Source: an uncultured virus (IMG/VR IMGVR_UViG_3300035698_023471)
Taxonomy: Duplodnaviria > Heunggongvirae > Uroviricota > Caudoviricetes
Direction: 5' to 3' (one strand)
DNA: 54,707 nt
IMG/VR virus record: IMGVR_UViG_3300035698_023471
In this document: positions 1 to 9,307 of the stretch, in pieces
Layout: every line of letters starts with the position of its first letter
Position numbering within the stretch: position 1 is the stretch's first letter
Position numbers and translations under genes: made by a program
The notes under the pieces: model-generated
Databases searched by the model: none
What the model saw: only the letters and a program-made list of their open reading frames with translations
Told to the model about the DNA's origin: nothing

Positions 1-276
1 CAGCCAAAATTGTTTAGTTACATCCCGATCAAGTTGAGCAGCAGTTTTCACATCCGCACTTTCTTCGGATTCACCAGAAGCTTGCGTCTGTCCACTGCTA
101 AGCGGTTTGTCACATTTCTTGCCTTTGCCACGAGGGGTATAATCCTTGACCTGATCTTGAGCATACTCGCTGCCCTGAAGCTCGTCCCAATACTCCAATA
201 GCACCCGGCGATCAGATTCAGACATCATGGCGATTTTCTCAATCAGTTTGTTATAATATTTGGATTGAATTTGCAT
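1..276 (-). CDS. hypothetical protein, partial (runs off window)
   Basis: ATG at 276 preceded by AAGGAG; open to window edge (MQIQSKYYNKLIEKIAMMSESDRRVLLEYW...). Confidence 0.75.
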   Translation of the reverse strand, partial: MQIQSKYYNKLIEKIAMMSESDRRVLLEYWDELQGSEYAQDQVKDYTPRGKGKKCDKPLSSGQTQASGESEESADVKTAAQLDRDVTKQFWL

Positions 277-306
277 TTTGGTTTAAACTCCTTGATTAGG
301 ATGAAA

Positions 307-1062
307 TTATAAATTTGGTTTTGACACTGTTTTCTTGGCTCTTTTATATATGTTCTTTGTAACATGCTTGTTTTGCTTTAAATTTTGTGGTATATTTTCA
401 CTCATTTGATCGACTCGGTCTCTCAATCTATTCCTATTTTGTATTAATTGGGTGGCGTTGATGCTATTCGAATTCAACGGTTGACCCTGCGGAATGAATT
501 GTTGTTGAGGTTGAGGTTGATAAGTATATTGTGGAACGGGTTGTGGCTGAGCCTGTTGTTGCGGAACAAATTGTTGTCCCGCCGTCCTCACATTATCCAT
601 AGTTGTAGAACCCGTACTCATTTGTTGCGGTTGATAGTAAACCTGCTGTTGTTGTGGATAAACAGGTTGTTGCTGCGGTTGTTGTTGAGACAATCCTAAA
701 TTTTGTTGTATGAATTGTTGAACGGCAGTTTGCTTCCCAGTATTATTCTCTATTTGTTTTAATCGAGAATCAATTTGCAAAGCACTACTCAAATGGCTAT
801 CTATGACTGCGGCAATTTCTGGATGTCGTTCTTGCAATTCTTGTTGAAAGCCATGAGGATCGAATTTTGCTCGAACATAAGTCTCTCTCAATTTTTCTGA
901 AAGAAAATCCTTATCTTTAGATAGATCGAAATTAATACCATGTTCTTGAAGATATTCTTCATCTGAAATTTGCCCAGGTTTATAATACATGGGATTCTCA
1001 TGATGAATCACTTCATCCTTTCGATTCACCGCATGGTCAATCGCTATAATTTCATGTGCCAT
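307..1062 (-). CDS. Gln/Pro-rich hypothetical protein
   Basis: 251 aa ORF, AAGGAG SD, low-complexity Q/P tract. Confidence 0.8.
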   Translation of the reverse strand: MAHEIIAIDHAVNRKDEVIHHENPMYYKPGQISDEEYLQEHGINFDLSKDKDFLSEKLRETYVRAKFDPHGFQQELQERHPEIAAVIDSHLSSALQIDSRLKQIENNTGKQTAVQQFIQQNLGLSQQQPQQQPVYPQQQQVYYQPQQMSTGSTTMDNVRTAGQQFVPQQQAQPQPVPQYTYQPQPQQQFIPQGQPLNSNSINATQLIQNRNRLRDRVDQMSENIPQNLKQNKHVTKNIYKRAKKTVSKPNL

Positions 1063-1073
1063 TTAACATCTCC

Positions 1074-1469
1074 TTAAACCCACCACTTATCTGAATGAAA
1101 AAATTTAGTCGAATGATACGTCAAAGGACCGATATTAATATATTCTGGAAAAAACTTTTTCAACATTCTTATCACGACCCATCTGAATCTACTTTTCTCC
1201 GCAAAACTATTGATGAACATATCACACATCCTATCTTGTTCACCTTCATCTTTAAACTTGTGAATGCTTTCAAATTCCTGTCGTCCTTCATTCTCATTCA
1301 ATTCGACTACTGGAGTATAATTCCAACTTTTTCCATCATAAGCACTTCTCTTTACTAAATGAGACTGATTTACTGATTCCTCAATGACTCGATCCTCCTC
1401 TTTCTTTTCCTTAAATACTGTTGGGGTCAAATCCATACAATCGATATCGATGACTTTAAAGCTATCCAT
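1074..1469 (-). CDS. hypothetical protein
   Basis: 131 aa ORF, GAGGT SD, co-oriented with neighbours. Confidence 0.75.
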   Translation of the reverse strand: MDSFKVIDIDCMDLTPTVFKEKKEEDRVIEESVNQSHLVKRSAYDGKSWNYTPVVELNENEGRQEFESIHKFKDEGEQDRMCDMFINSFAEKSRFRWVVIRMLKKFFPEYINIGPLTYHSTKFFHSDKWWV

Positions 1470-1520
1470 AATAAATACCTCACTTTCGTGACTTTTGTTA
1501 GTCGATAATTCGACTAATAG

Positions 1521-2120
1521 TTAATAATCTTTGGCCAAAGCTTCGGCCCATTCCTTATCGTCAGGAAAAATTCCCTTCCAATATTCAACGATCTTATCTC
1601 TTTGGTCTTCTGTCATTACTGATAATTGTACGATGTTTTTACTTTCATCTTGTTTTTCTTTAGATTCACGAATCAAAACTGTACTAACTTTTCTAATTTT
1701 AATCTCATCTTGTGTTTTCGATTCTTTCACTTCTTTTTTTGCCCCTTTCTCGAATCCATCTAATTGGTTTTGTTGTTTAGATAACTTTTCTTTCAACCCC
1801 TTTAGTTGATGAAGAAGAGTTTTTGATTTGTCACCGACATGAGACAATTGAATGGAATCATTCCATACATTAGCATTCCTTTTTTCAATCTTTGTCTTAA
1901 CTTTTGAAATCGTTTTCTTCGTTTCAGAAATTTCAGCTTCTAATTCTTCTTTCGTTCCAATCGGATTTTCCTCATCACCTTCTTTGTCGATGTCTTCATC
2001 TCGATCATCTAAAAGGCCGGGAATGTTGCATTTCTTTTTCGCTTCAGCGATGAAGCGATTTTTCCAATCATCTAATTCAGATTCAAACAGCTTTGATTTA
2101 CCACTAGGAATGATATTCAT
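1521..2120 (-). CDS. charged coiled-coil hypothetical protein
   Basis: Start reassigned to MNIIPSGK (AGGAG SD); E/K-rich. Confidence 0.75.
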   Translation of the reverse strand: MNIIPSGKSKLFESELDDWKNRFIAEAKKKCNIPGLLDDRDEDIDKEGDEENPIGTKEELEAEISETKKTISKVKTKIEKRNANVWNDSIQLSHVGDKSKTLLHQLKGLKEKLSKQQNQLDGFEKGAKKEVKESKTQDEIKIRKVSTVLIRESKEKQDESKNIVQLSVMTEDQRDKIVEYWKGIFPDDKEWAEALAKDY

Positions 2121-2236
2121 TGGACACAATTCTCCTATCAAAAAAGTCTTATAGATACGTATTCCCATTAAATAAATGATTTTCCTCCTTTTTTGAAGAA
2201 CCCGTAGAATAAAGATCACACATTGGAGAATTAGAA

Positions 2237-2611
2237 ATGAAACCAAAAATCGATATTGGAAGTGCAGTAGGATTCATCACTCTCGATGAGAATGGACATT
2301 ATCGTTCCATCATGGCCAAAGTCAACAATGAAACAGATTTAGATATCGTAGGATCTTATCCGAATAGTACTTACGTAGTTCATACGATCATAGAAAGTTC
2401 ATTAGACATGGTTGAAGAAAAGATCAATGATTGGTTAAATGGAAATACTGGAACTGAACTAAATAAGGGAAGAACCGATCACCAGATGAAAGCTAACCAA
2501 ATTAAACAAAAAGCTCAACAAGATAATATGAAACGATTTTCTAATCCAGGTGGAAATTCCTGGATGAGATATGCTGACGGAAACGTCGTAGAATTAATTC
2601 CAGAAGATTAA
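2237..2611 (+). CDS. hypothetical protein
   Basis: 124 aa ORF with GGAG SD. Confidence 0.75.
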   Translation: MKPKIDIGSAVGFITLDENGHYRSIMAKVNNETDLDIVGSYPNSTYVVHTIIESSLDMVEEKINDWLNGNTGTELNKGRTDHQMKANQIKQKAQQDNMKRFSNPGGNSWMRYADGNVVELIPED

Positions 2612-2629
2612 ATTGAAAGGAATCGGAAC

Positions 2630-3172
2630 ATGGATCTAATTTTCGCTTTAGGATTTCAAAAACATTTTTTAGAACAAATCAAAAATTCTCCCGAACATCA
2701 AGAATATCGTAACTTATTTCGTTCGATAATTAGCGATTCAAGCAATAATTATACGTTCTTCATTAATTATTGCTTTTCTCCGGAAGAATACGAGAGTCGT
2801 GGTTTCGGTTTACCAGAATGCATTAACGGTCAAGATGAAACTTTCATACCGAGAGAAATTCATTTAAGAAGTAAATTGGGAAATATCTGCATGGCTCATC
2901 TATCTGGAGCGGATATTTTTCAACATACTGATCCGAATATTGAAGGAGTTTTACTAGATATCGAAGAAGTATGTGATAGAATAAATGCAGATAAAAAAAC
3001 AGAAAAAGAATTCGGGGAGAGGGCACAGGTAGGTAAGAAAGGAAAGGGTTGGACCCCCATTGAAAATATGGTCATATTTTCTTGGACTCAAAGTGAGAAA
3101 GAAAAAGTCAGTCTCATCAATGGTCTGACCGATCTCGGATTCACGAGTAAATACCGCTTGATTAGTTATTGA
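2630..3172 (+). CDS. hypothetical protein
   Basis: 180 aa ORF with AAGGA SD. Confidence 0.75.
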   Translation: MDLIFALGFQKHFLEQIKNSPEHQEYRNLFRSIISDSSNNYTFFINYCFSPEEYESRGFGLPECINGQDETFIPREIHLRSKLGNICMAHLSGADIFQHTDPNIEGVLLDIEEVCDRINADKKTEKEFGERAQVGKKGKGWTPIENMVIFSWTQSEKEKVSLINGLTDLGFTSKYRLISY

Positions 3173-3186
3173 AATTGGATTATAAT
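3158..3186 (+). promoter_or_regulatory. sigma70-like promoter
   Basis: TTGATT-17bp-TATAAT upstream of the 3250 ORF. Confidence 0.5.
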
Positions 3187-3249
3187 GAATGGTATACAGG
3201 AAAAGCCACAGCTTTGTGGCTTTATTTTTTCAACAAGGAGAAGTAAATC

Positions 3250-3960
3250 ATGAAGAAGTTCGCGTTTTTAACCTTAGTATGTTGTCTTTGCATGGCCGGA
3301 GCCTTCGCCGGTGAACCTGGAGTGGAAGAAGGACCGATGATCATTCAAGTGGCTCCTCCAGTTCTTGAATGCCCACCCGTGGTAGAAGCTGAAACGATCA
3401 TCGTTCCTCAAGAAGTGAATGCTTATGCAGTTCCAGCGGAAGTCCAAGTCCAAGCCCCTGTGGCAGTAGAAGTTGTTCCACAGGTGTCTGTGAGGTCTCA
3501 ACCAGTGACGATCATCGTCGAACCACAAGTCCGTGTCTATGGCGCTGCACCGGTGACAGTTGTCGAAGAGCCTGCGGAAACTCAATTCACTACCGCCGCA
3601 GTGGCCCCACAGGTGCCTGTCTCTCCAATCCATTATGGATGCGGATGTCGATGCGTCTGCTATTGTGAACCCGCCGAGAGTGCTAACGAGATCATCGGTA
3701 CGATGTCCTTCGATCCTGACGAAACAGCCTGGGATCGCTTTAAAGGCGGTTTAAAACAGACTGTGACATTCTGGACGCCGATGGCCAACTGCAACGATCC
3801 GGGAGAGAACGCCACAGCTCTCGAAAATGCTGAAGGATTTATTGAACAAGGAGACAAGACGGTTCGTAATTTCTTCTTCAAAGGAGTTCCTAATTCTGGA
3901 GCCAAGTTTATTGATGGTGTCTGGAACACTGGAACGTTCATCTTTCCAAGTGCTAGTTAA
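3250..3960 (+). CDS. secreted/periplasmic Val-Pro-rich protein
   Basis: Signal peptide MKKFAFLTLVCCLCMAGAFA; AAGGAG SD. Confidence 0.8.
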   Translation: MKKFAFLTLVCCLCMAGAFAGEPGVEEGPMIIQVAPPVLECPPVVEAETIIVPQEVNAYAVPAEVQVQAPVAVEVVPQVSVRSQPVTIIVEPQVRVYGAAPVTVVEEPAETQFTTAAVAPQVPVSPIHYGCGCRCVCYCEPAESANEIIGTMSFDPDETAWDRFKGGLKQTVTFWTPMANCNDPGENATALENAEGFIEQGDKTVRNFFFKGVPNSGAKFIDGVWNTGTFIFPSAS

Positions 3961-3980
3961 TCTTAACAAATGCTGAAATG

Positions 3981-4012
3981 AAAAGGGGGACGATGAATCG
4001 TCCCCCTTTTTT
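3981..4012. terminator. bidirectional intrinsic terminator
   Basis: AAAAGGGGGACGAT-GA-ATCGTCCCCCTTTTTT between convergent genes. Confidence 0.8.
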
Positions 4013-4277
4013 ATTTCGACGGCATACTGATAATTTCTGAATTATTATTCATGATTGAATATGTCATCTTATTATCTTTTTTGATATTGCAAAAATACCA
4101 AGGCAATCTTCTCTTATCATTAATCCAACTTGGATAAAAACTCATCGAATCAATTCTGAAGGTTGAATGAATTTCACCTAAAGAGAAAAACAATTCCTTA
4201 CACCTATTCTTTTCGGAAATAGGATTCCCATGCCAATCTAATTCTTTCAATAAACAATTGTGTACTTTCAGTTTCAT
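4011..4277 (-). CDS. MKIKLHN-tag small protein
   Basis: starts MKLKVHNC. Confidence 0.8.
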   Translation of the reverse strand: MKLKVHNCLLKELDWHGNPISEKNRCKELFFSLGEIHSTFRIDSMSFYPSWINDKRRLPWYFCNIKKDNKMTYSIMNNNSEIISMPSK

Positions 4278-5206
4278 AATATGTATTCCATCCCTTTATT
4301 CAGTCTATCTAATTTACGAACGTTGTTACAATCGATGTAATTGTTCATCCCAGCATTGAGAGCGAACTTCTCATCGACATCTCCATGACCGATATAATAC
4401 GAATTCTCTGGATCGATCCCGAAATCAGTCAGCATCTTGAATAAGTGCCAAGGGTTCGGTTTGTTCATCCTGAAATCCTCTGTGTTCCAATCCATCTTAG
4501 TTCCCGAGACCGGAACATCTATGTTCTTGACTATCGTTTTGAGGATGTCCATCAAATGTTTATTGTTGATATGGGAATACTGATGATCCGAACAATAGGA
4601 AAGGTAGATATTGAAACCCTTCCTATTCATGTGTCTCAAATAACGTTTTAACTTTTGATTTATTCTGACAGACTTGAGCTCTCGGGGTATGTCTAAGTTG
4701 ACCTTATATTGACTGATGCCGACGAAGAAGGTCTTGATGTTGATGATCACTGCTTGCGAACCTTCTTTGAGAAGATTGAATTTAGAAGGAATCGGAGACT
4801 CTATCATTAACAAGTCTTTTTCTGGGATGTCCTTATAGTTCAAGTAGTCATAATAAATGTAAGTCGGCAGCAAGTGGTCCAAATCTTTATCAATAAAGAT
4901 TTCATACAATTCTTGTTCTTTTGAGATGTTAAACAAGATATACTTTATATCTGCTTCCTTATTGAAACTTAATATCTTTTGTGTGATCTCTTTCCTCTTA
5001 TTTACATTCTCATTCTCACCATCAATTAAAACAGTGTTAAAATCTTTAAAGAGATCGACGAGATCGTTTAAGGAAGTTTTCAGCAGGTCGTCTGTGGAAA
5101 TGAAGGTGGAACTTTGATCGTCATAAAATTTGAATAATTGTTCAAGACGATTTAATCTGGGCGGACCGATGGCTATGACAAATGTTTTCATGGGTTTAAA
5201 CCTCAC
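4274..5206 (-). CDS. polynucleotide kinase/HAD phosphatase-like fusion with degenerate catalytic motifs
   Basis: N-terminal FVIAIGPP..ISTDDL..VLIDG (P-loop kinase-like); C-terminal KPNP..FGIDPENSYYIGH..DEKFALNAGM (HAD IIIA-like). Confidence 0.6.
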   Translation of the reverse strand: MRFKPMKTFVIAIGPPRLNRLEQLFKFYDDQSSTFISTDDLLKTSLNDLVDLFKDFNTVLIDGENENVNKRKEITQKILSFNKEADIKYILFNISKEQELYEIFIDKDLDHLLPTYIYYDYLNYKDIPEKDLLMIESPIPSKFNLLKEGSQAVIINIKTFFVGISQYKVNLDIPRELKSVRINQKLKRYLRHMNRKGFNIYLSYCSDHQYSHINNKHLMDILKTIVKNIDVPVSGTKMDWNTEDFRMNKPNPWHLFKMLTDFGIDPENSYYIGHGDVDEKFALNAGMNNYIDCNNVRKLDRLNKGMEYIL

Positions 5207-5227
5207 CTTTTTTCTGATCTATAGTTC

Positions 5228-5256
5228 ATTATAGGTCAGATTGAAAAAGATTTCAA
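5228..5256 (-). promoter_or_regulatory. sigma70-like promoter
   Basis: TTGAAA-17bp-TATAAT on minus strand ahead of the 5206 ORF. Confidence 0.55.
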
Positions 5257-5258
5257 GT

Positions 5259-5507
5259 TTAAATGAAATTTCCTGTCAAAGTTGAAAAATTGTGGCGAGT
5301 ATCGACGTAAGACATCGTTTTCTCATTCGTTTTCAAATCCCATTGTAATAATAAGTTTTTCCATTTATCAAAATGGGAATAACTGATTTCAGTTTCAGAT
5401 TTAACTGGAGTCATATTGGCTCTGACAGTACCATTCAACCAATATTTTTCATCTAAATGTCCGAAATCGATCTTCGCCCAAATACTATTATGAATTTTGA
5501 TTTTCAT
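5259..5507 (-). CDS. MKIKLHN-tag small protein
   Basis: starts MKIKIHNS. Confidence 0.8.
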   Translation of the reverse strand: MKIKIHNSIWAKIDFGHLDEKYWLNGTVRANMTPVKSETEISYSHFDKWKNLLLQWDLKTNEKTMSYVDTRHNFSTLTGNFI

Positions 5508-5530
5508 ATTTGGTCTCAACACTCAATAGA

Positions 5531-6169
5531 CTATTTCTTAGGTTGTTTGTTGGGAGCTTTACCTCCTTTCTTCGGCATTAATTTAGGTGCTCTTTCTGCC
5601 CTTGGAGTTGCTTGTTCTCCCTCGTCCTTCAAATCCACATGAGTATCTGTATGAGCATTTCCCCATGGGTCTACGGTCGTTTCTCTACGAATGGTGGTCG
5701 AATGAGGTCGTCCATCCGCACCGATCCATCTCGTATCGTCTACTTCTGCTCGATAACCGGGTCCCTGCTCCACTCTCACATTTCGTCTCGGTTGAGTGAT
5801 TGCCTGATTCCTTCCGGGTGAGTAATAAGAAGAATGACGATCTTCGATCACTCTCTCTGAGTTTCCTCGTCCCTGATGAAACCCGACATCTCTTCGAACG
5901 ATTGGATTGTAATGATAGTCGTAACGGTATTGCGGGTACTGCTGGTAGTAAGAACCTCTATGAGGGCCATAATGCCTGGCCCGGCCATAATGAAACCCAT
6001 ATGAACCATGACCTTGAGAGCTGATGTAGCCACCATAGCCGACATGACCGCCATGATGATTGCTGTAACCAAAACCAACCCCCCCTGTGCCTACTGATAA
6101 ATCCCAAACTCCCGCTGATGCCGATGAAGCGATCAGTAAGAGAATTCCTACGATGATTGTAATTCTCAT
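5531..6169 (-). CDS. secreted Gly/Tyr/His/Arg-rich protein
   Basis: Signal peptide MRITIIVGILLLIASSASA; AGGAGGT SD. Confidence 0.8.
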   Translation of the reverse strand: MRITIIVGILLLIASSASAGVWDLSVGTGGVGFGYSNHHGGHVGYGGYISSQGHGSYGFHYGRARHYGPHRGSYYQQYPQYRYDYHYNPIVRRDVGFHQGRGNSERVIEDRHSSYYSPGRNQAITQPRRNVRVEQGPGYRAEVDDTRWIGADGRPHSTTIRRETTVDPWGNAHTDTHVDLKDEGEQATPRAERAPKLMPKKGGKAPNKQPKK

Positions 6170-6216
6170 TTAAAAACTACCTCCTATATTTACAAGCCTT
6201 CACTTGTATAACGATA

Positions 6217-6405
6217 TTATATTCTAAATTGACGATCAAAGTTACTCTCCTTGAAAAATAAAGGGGAATATTCATCTGGCCGGGCGAATATGGTGCGAGT
6301 TCCATCATTATGGCACCTCACTTCAACCTCATTGATGAAAAGGTAATTCCGATCATGCCCTTTAAAAATAATGCTTGTGACAGAATTGTGAACTTTTATC
6401 TTCAT
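6217..6405 (-). CDS. MKIKLHN-tag small protein
   Basis: starts MKIKVHNS. Confidence 0.8.
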   Translation of the reverse strand: MKIKVHNSVTSIIFKGHDRNYLFINEVEVRCHNDGTRTIFARPDEYSPLFFKESNFDRQFRI

Positions 6406-6638
6406 CTTACGATATCGATCCTCTCCAAACACCTTCCACGGTCATCGTAAAGAGACATTTCATATTTGTCGAAGCTTAAACAAGAAACTCCTTCTAAGCC
6501 TGTTAATTCATGCCATTCCAAGAAATTTGAGTTCGATTTTAAGGTCTTTAGTAAAATCACCTTAAATTGATTGAAGCCAGCAAGTTCCTTAACTTTCTTA
6601 CTAAATACTGCCGTCGAATTATGTGGTTTTATTCTCAT
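6402..6638 (-). CDS. MKIKLHN-tag small protein
   Basis: starts MRIKPHNS. Confidence 0.8.
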   Translation of the reverse strand: MRIKPHNSTAVFSKKVKELAGFNQFKVILLKTLKSNSNFLEWHELTGLEGVSCLSFDKYEMSLYDDRGRCLERIDIVR

Positions 6639-6663
6639 TTGAATTTGATTTCACTCCGATCTC

Positions 6664-6948
6664 CTACTTTCCACTAGAACTTGCCGTACTTGCTTCCTCT
6701 CTAGAAATGAGAGAAACTTCTGCTTGAGGAAGAAAAGGCCGAATATCATTTAAAGTCATCGTGATCTTATAGTCAGGAACGTAGATGAGTGTCATCTTTT
6801 CATCTACGATCTCAAATCCACCAAGAATATTATTCCTCTTCCTCATCTCCATTTTCCCGAAACGAAAATTAAAATGAAAAAAACTATACCTATGTTGACA
6901 TTTAAAATGACCTTCCTGTACGACAGAATTGTGAATTTTCAATTGCAT
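6664..6948 (-). CDS. MKIKLHN-tag small protein
   Basis: starts MQLKIHNS. Confidence 0.75.
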   Translation of the reverse strand: MQLKIHNSVVQEGHFKCQHRYSFFHFNFRFGKMEMRKRNNILGGFEIVDEKMTLIYVPDYKITMTLNDIRPFLPQAEVSLISREEASTASSSGK

Positions 6949-7187
6949 CCGAATAAAAATTCCCCAATCTCTAACTTTTTTTCATGAAACTTGTATTGAG
7001 CTTCTAATAAAACACTTCTTGATATACAAATTCCTCTTTTCGTCAAGAAAATGTAACATTCATTAAACGACCAGTTGTAAGGAGCGAGAAAACCGTCTCC
7101 TTTTATTTTTTCAAAAGGAACTAATTCACATATGCCTCCTCGTTCGGCGACCGAATAGGCTAATGTGTTGTGAATTCGAATTTTCAT
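6939..7187 (-). CDS. MKIKLHN-tag small protein
   Basis: starts MKIRIHNT. Confidence 0.8.
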   Translation of the reverse strand: MKIRIHNTLAYSVAERGGICELVPFEKIKGDGFLAPYNWSFNECYIFLTKRGICISRSVLLEAQYKFHEKKLEIGEFLFGCN

Positions 7188-7206
7188 TTTCCCACTTTCA
7201 TTATAG

Positions 7207-7512
7207 TCACTTGTTGCCCCAACGATCAAGAGGTATCTTCATGTCCCTCCAAATGAACTCCAAAGGCTTCAAGTTCTCCTTCACTGAATTGAAGACATCC
7301 CTAGGATTCCTCTTTAAAACGTCCCAGGACCATTTCACGAAGTCACCCATCCTTCGGCTCATTTCATCATAGTTCTCCCCGTAGCCCTCATCGAAAGCTG
7401 TGAAAACCCACCTCAGCATCTTTGTCGCTTCCTCAGATTGTTCGGGAGTCAACATTTGTGCCTCGATCATCTTCGTCAAAGAAGCAGAGTAAAACAAATC
7501 AATCATCTTCAT
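7207..7512 (-). CDS. hypothetical protein (no tag)
   Basis: 101 aa ORF with GGAGG SD, interrupts the minus-strand tag cluster. Confidence 0.7.
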   Translation of the reverse strand: MKMIDLFYSASLTKMIEAQMLTPEQSEEATKMLRWVFTAFDEGYGENYDEMSRRMGDFVKWSWDVLKRNPRDVFNSVKENLKPLEFIWRDMKIPLDRWGNK

Positions 7513-7756
7513 CCTCCAACATGACCACCGTTTTCGGCTTAGCTAAGATCCAATTGTTCTTTATGGGACCTATGATGGCTCGATTTGCCTTATAGTCAAA
7601 AGACCAGTAAAAATCTTTCGTCGAACCAGATGTTAAATTATTATTCGCATTTCCACGACAGTAGTCTCTCCAATAACGGAAAGTTAAATCCCCCATCGTG
7701 AAGTACCTATCACCTTTCCTAGGCGACAACATAGAATTGTGCATTCTCAATTTCAT
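7499..7756 (-). CDS. MKIKLHN-tag small protein
   Basis: starts MKLRMHNS. Confidence 0.8.
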   Translation of the reverse strand: MKLRMHNSMLSPRKGDRYFTMGDLTFRYWRDYCRGNANNNLTSGSTKDFYWSFDYKANRAIIGPIKNNWILAKPKTVVMLEDEDD

Positions 7757-7757
7757 C

Positions 7758-7786
7758 TTGACTTTTTCCTTCACTCATAGTATACT
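7758..7786 (+). promoter_or_regulatory. sigma70 promoter at head of the tag array
   Basis: TTGACT-17bp-TATACT; overlaps an ACTCATAGT motif (7773-7781). Confidence 0.75.
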
Positions 7787-7817
7787 CAAAAGAAACAGCG
7801 GAATACTGTACGCACTC

Positions 7818-8066
7818 ATGAATATCAAATGCCATAATTCGATCATCAGATTTGACAAAAGATGCGAAACTACCTCCATTTTAGTTGAAAATCTGCAAGA
7901 AATCAATCCGATGCATGTGAATTGCTTCAAAAAAGACTCGATGATCTGGTTGAGACACATCTTATTCAAAGGTACTTACCTAAAAATATCCGTACAAAAT
8001 TTTGTCGTGAACTATCGCCATCAGGACAAATCGCTCGAATTGTCAGATAAATGGTATTCAACATGA
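7818..8066 (+). CDS. MKIKLHN-tag small protein
   Basis: starts MNIKCHNS. Confidence 0.75.
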   Translation: MNIKCHNSIIRFDKRCETTSILVENLQEINPMHVNCFKKDSMIWLRHILFKGTYLKISVQNFVVNYRHQDKSLELSDKWYST

Positions 8067-8281
8067 AAATCAAATATCACAATTGCTTATTAGACTCAGA
8101 TCGATTGATTAGAAATTTTCAAGGTGAATCGTTCATCTGTGAAAAGAATGACGAAGTAAATGCCTTCTTTTTGACTTTTGAGGATTTCTTTTTAAACTTA
8201 TTCAAGAATGAGAACGAGGATGAAGTCATATCTCTATCTTTTATTAAAGAAAATGACATTACATTTTGGTCGAAAACATGA
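8063..8281 (+). CDS. MKIKLHN-tag small protein
   Basis: starts MKIKYHNC. Confidence 0.85.
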   Translation: MKIKYHNCLLDSDRLIRNFQGESFICEKNDEVNAFFLTFEDFFLNLFKNENEDEVISLSFIKENDITFWSKT

Positions 8282-8544
8282 AAATAAAATTACATAATCA
8301 AATAGCTAGTTATTTTCCCAAAAAAGGTTCTTGGTTCGCCTTGGATCGTTTTCTTTTGCGAAGAGACTTACTCGATTCCATCAAAATCGCAGATTTCAAG
8401 TATCGATACTCCGTCATTTACAATCTTGAAGACTGCAGTCTCAGAGAATTCGAGGTTTACGCCTATGATATGGACACCTTTTCTAAAATCGCCATGGAAA
8501 TATTGAGAAAGAGGATCATCTTGGAAGAAAGGACCTTGACATGA
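8278..8544 (+). CDS. MKIKLHN-tag small protein
   Basis: starts MKIKLHNQ. Confidence 0.85.
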   Translation: MKIKLHNQIASYFPKKGSWFALDRFLLRRDLLDSIKIADFKYRYSVIYNLEDCSLREFEVYAYDMDTFSKIAMEILRKRIILEERTLT

Positions 8545-8598
8545 AGCACTTTTTGTGATACCATTATGACAGTTGGATGGTTTCCAACCGTCCGACTG
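8536..8598 (+). promoter_or_regulatory. internal sigma70 promoter plus conserved 5' hairpin/dyad (copy 1)
   Basis: TTGACA-17-TACCAT with extended TG, then CAGTTGGATGGTTTCCAACCGTCCGACTG. Confidence 0.75.
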
Positions 8599-8616
8599 GA
8601 AGATGAGATGAGAATC

Positions 8617-8865
8617 ATGAAGATAAAAGTTCATCAATCCATTCCCGAACCCTACGCCTCGAAGGCTGGGAAAGTCGATTCTTTCATCCTAAAATGGGAT
8701 ATGGGGAGATTCAAATGCTACTATCGTCCTTCGGCGAAATTGGAATACTTCTACAAATACAAATTATGCGATCCAAATGCGAAGTTCTTGACCTTTGAAT
8801 TGAACGGGAAGGATGTCATCAGAAATACTTCCAGCATAGATACTTCGATGAAAGAATTGAAATGA
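8617..8865 (+). CDS. MKIKLHN-tag small protein
   Basis: starts MKIKVHQS. Confidence 0.85.
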   Translation: MKIKVHQSIPEPYASKAGKVDSFILKWDMGRFKCYYRPSAKLEYFYKYKLCDPNAKFLTFELNGKDVIRNTSSIDTSMKELK

Positions 8866-9065
8866 AAATCAAGCTACACAACTGTGCGAGACAACAAGGT
8901 TGTTTTTATTTCAAAAACCTTTCATTGATCTATCTCTTGAAAGATCGACGAACGATCAAGTTTTTCATGATTGATGAAACGACAGGGTATTTAAAAGCAA
9001 ATTACTATAGCACCTATACTCGATCTTTCATCGCATCCAGTGTTTTTCGAGCGACGACGAAATGA
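8862..9065 (+). CDS. MKIKLHN-tag small protein
   Basis: starts MKIKLHNC. Confidence 0.85.
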   Translation: MKIKLHNCARQQGCFYFKNLSLIYLLKDRRTIKFFMIDETTGYLKANYYSTYTRSFIASSVFRATTK

Positions 9066-9307
9066 AAATCAAAATGCACAATTCCGTCGCCTGTGGAATC
9101 TCATTTAGGAGGGGGAGGAGTCTGGACGATCATTACTTCTTCGCCAATTCTAAATGTGACAAATTCGTCAATCTTTCTGGAGCTTATATCTATTTCGGAA
9201 CAGTGAATTACAAATCCGTTCAAAAATTCAGATTCCTTTTCGAAGGAATCTTCATCAAACCAGGTAAAATTCAATTTTCTTATTTTCCGGCGACCATAGA
9301 AAAATGA
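9062..9307 (+). CDS. MKIKLHN-tag small protein
   Basis: starts MKIKMHNS. Confidence 0.85.
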   Translation: MKIKMHNSVACGISFRRGRSLDDHYFFANSKCDKFVNLSGAYIYFGTVNYKSVQKFRFLFEGIFIKPGKIQFSYFPATIEK

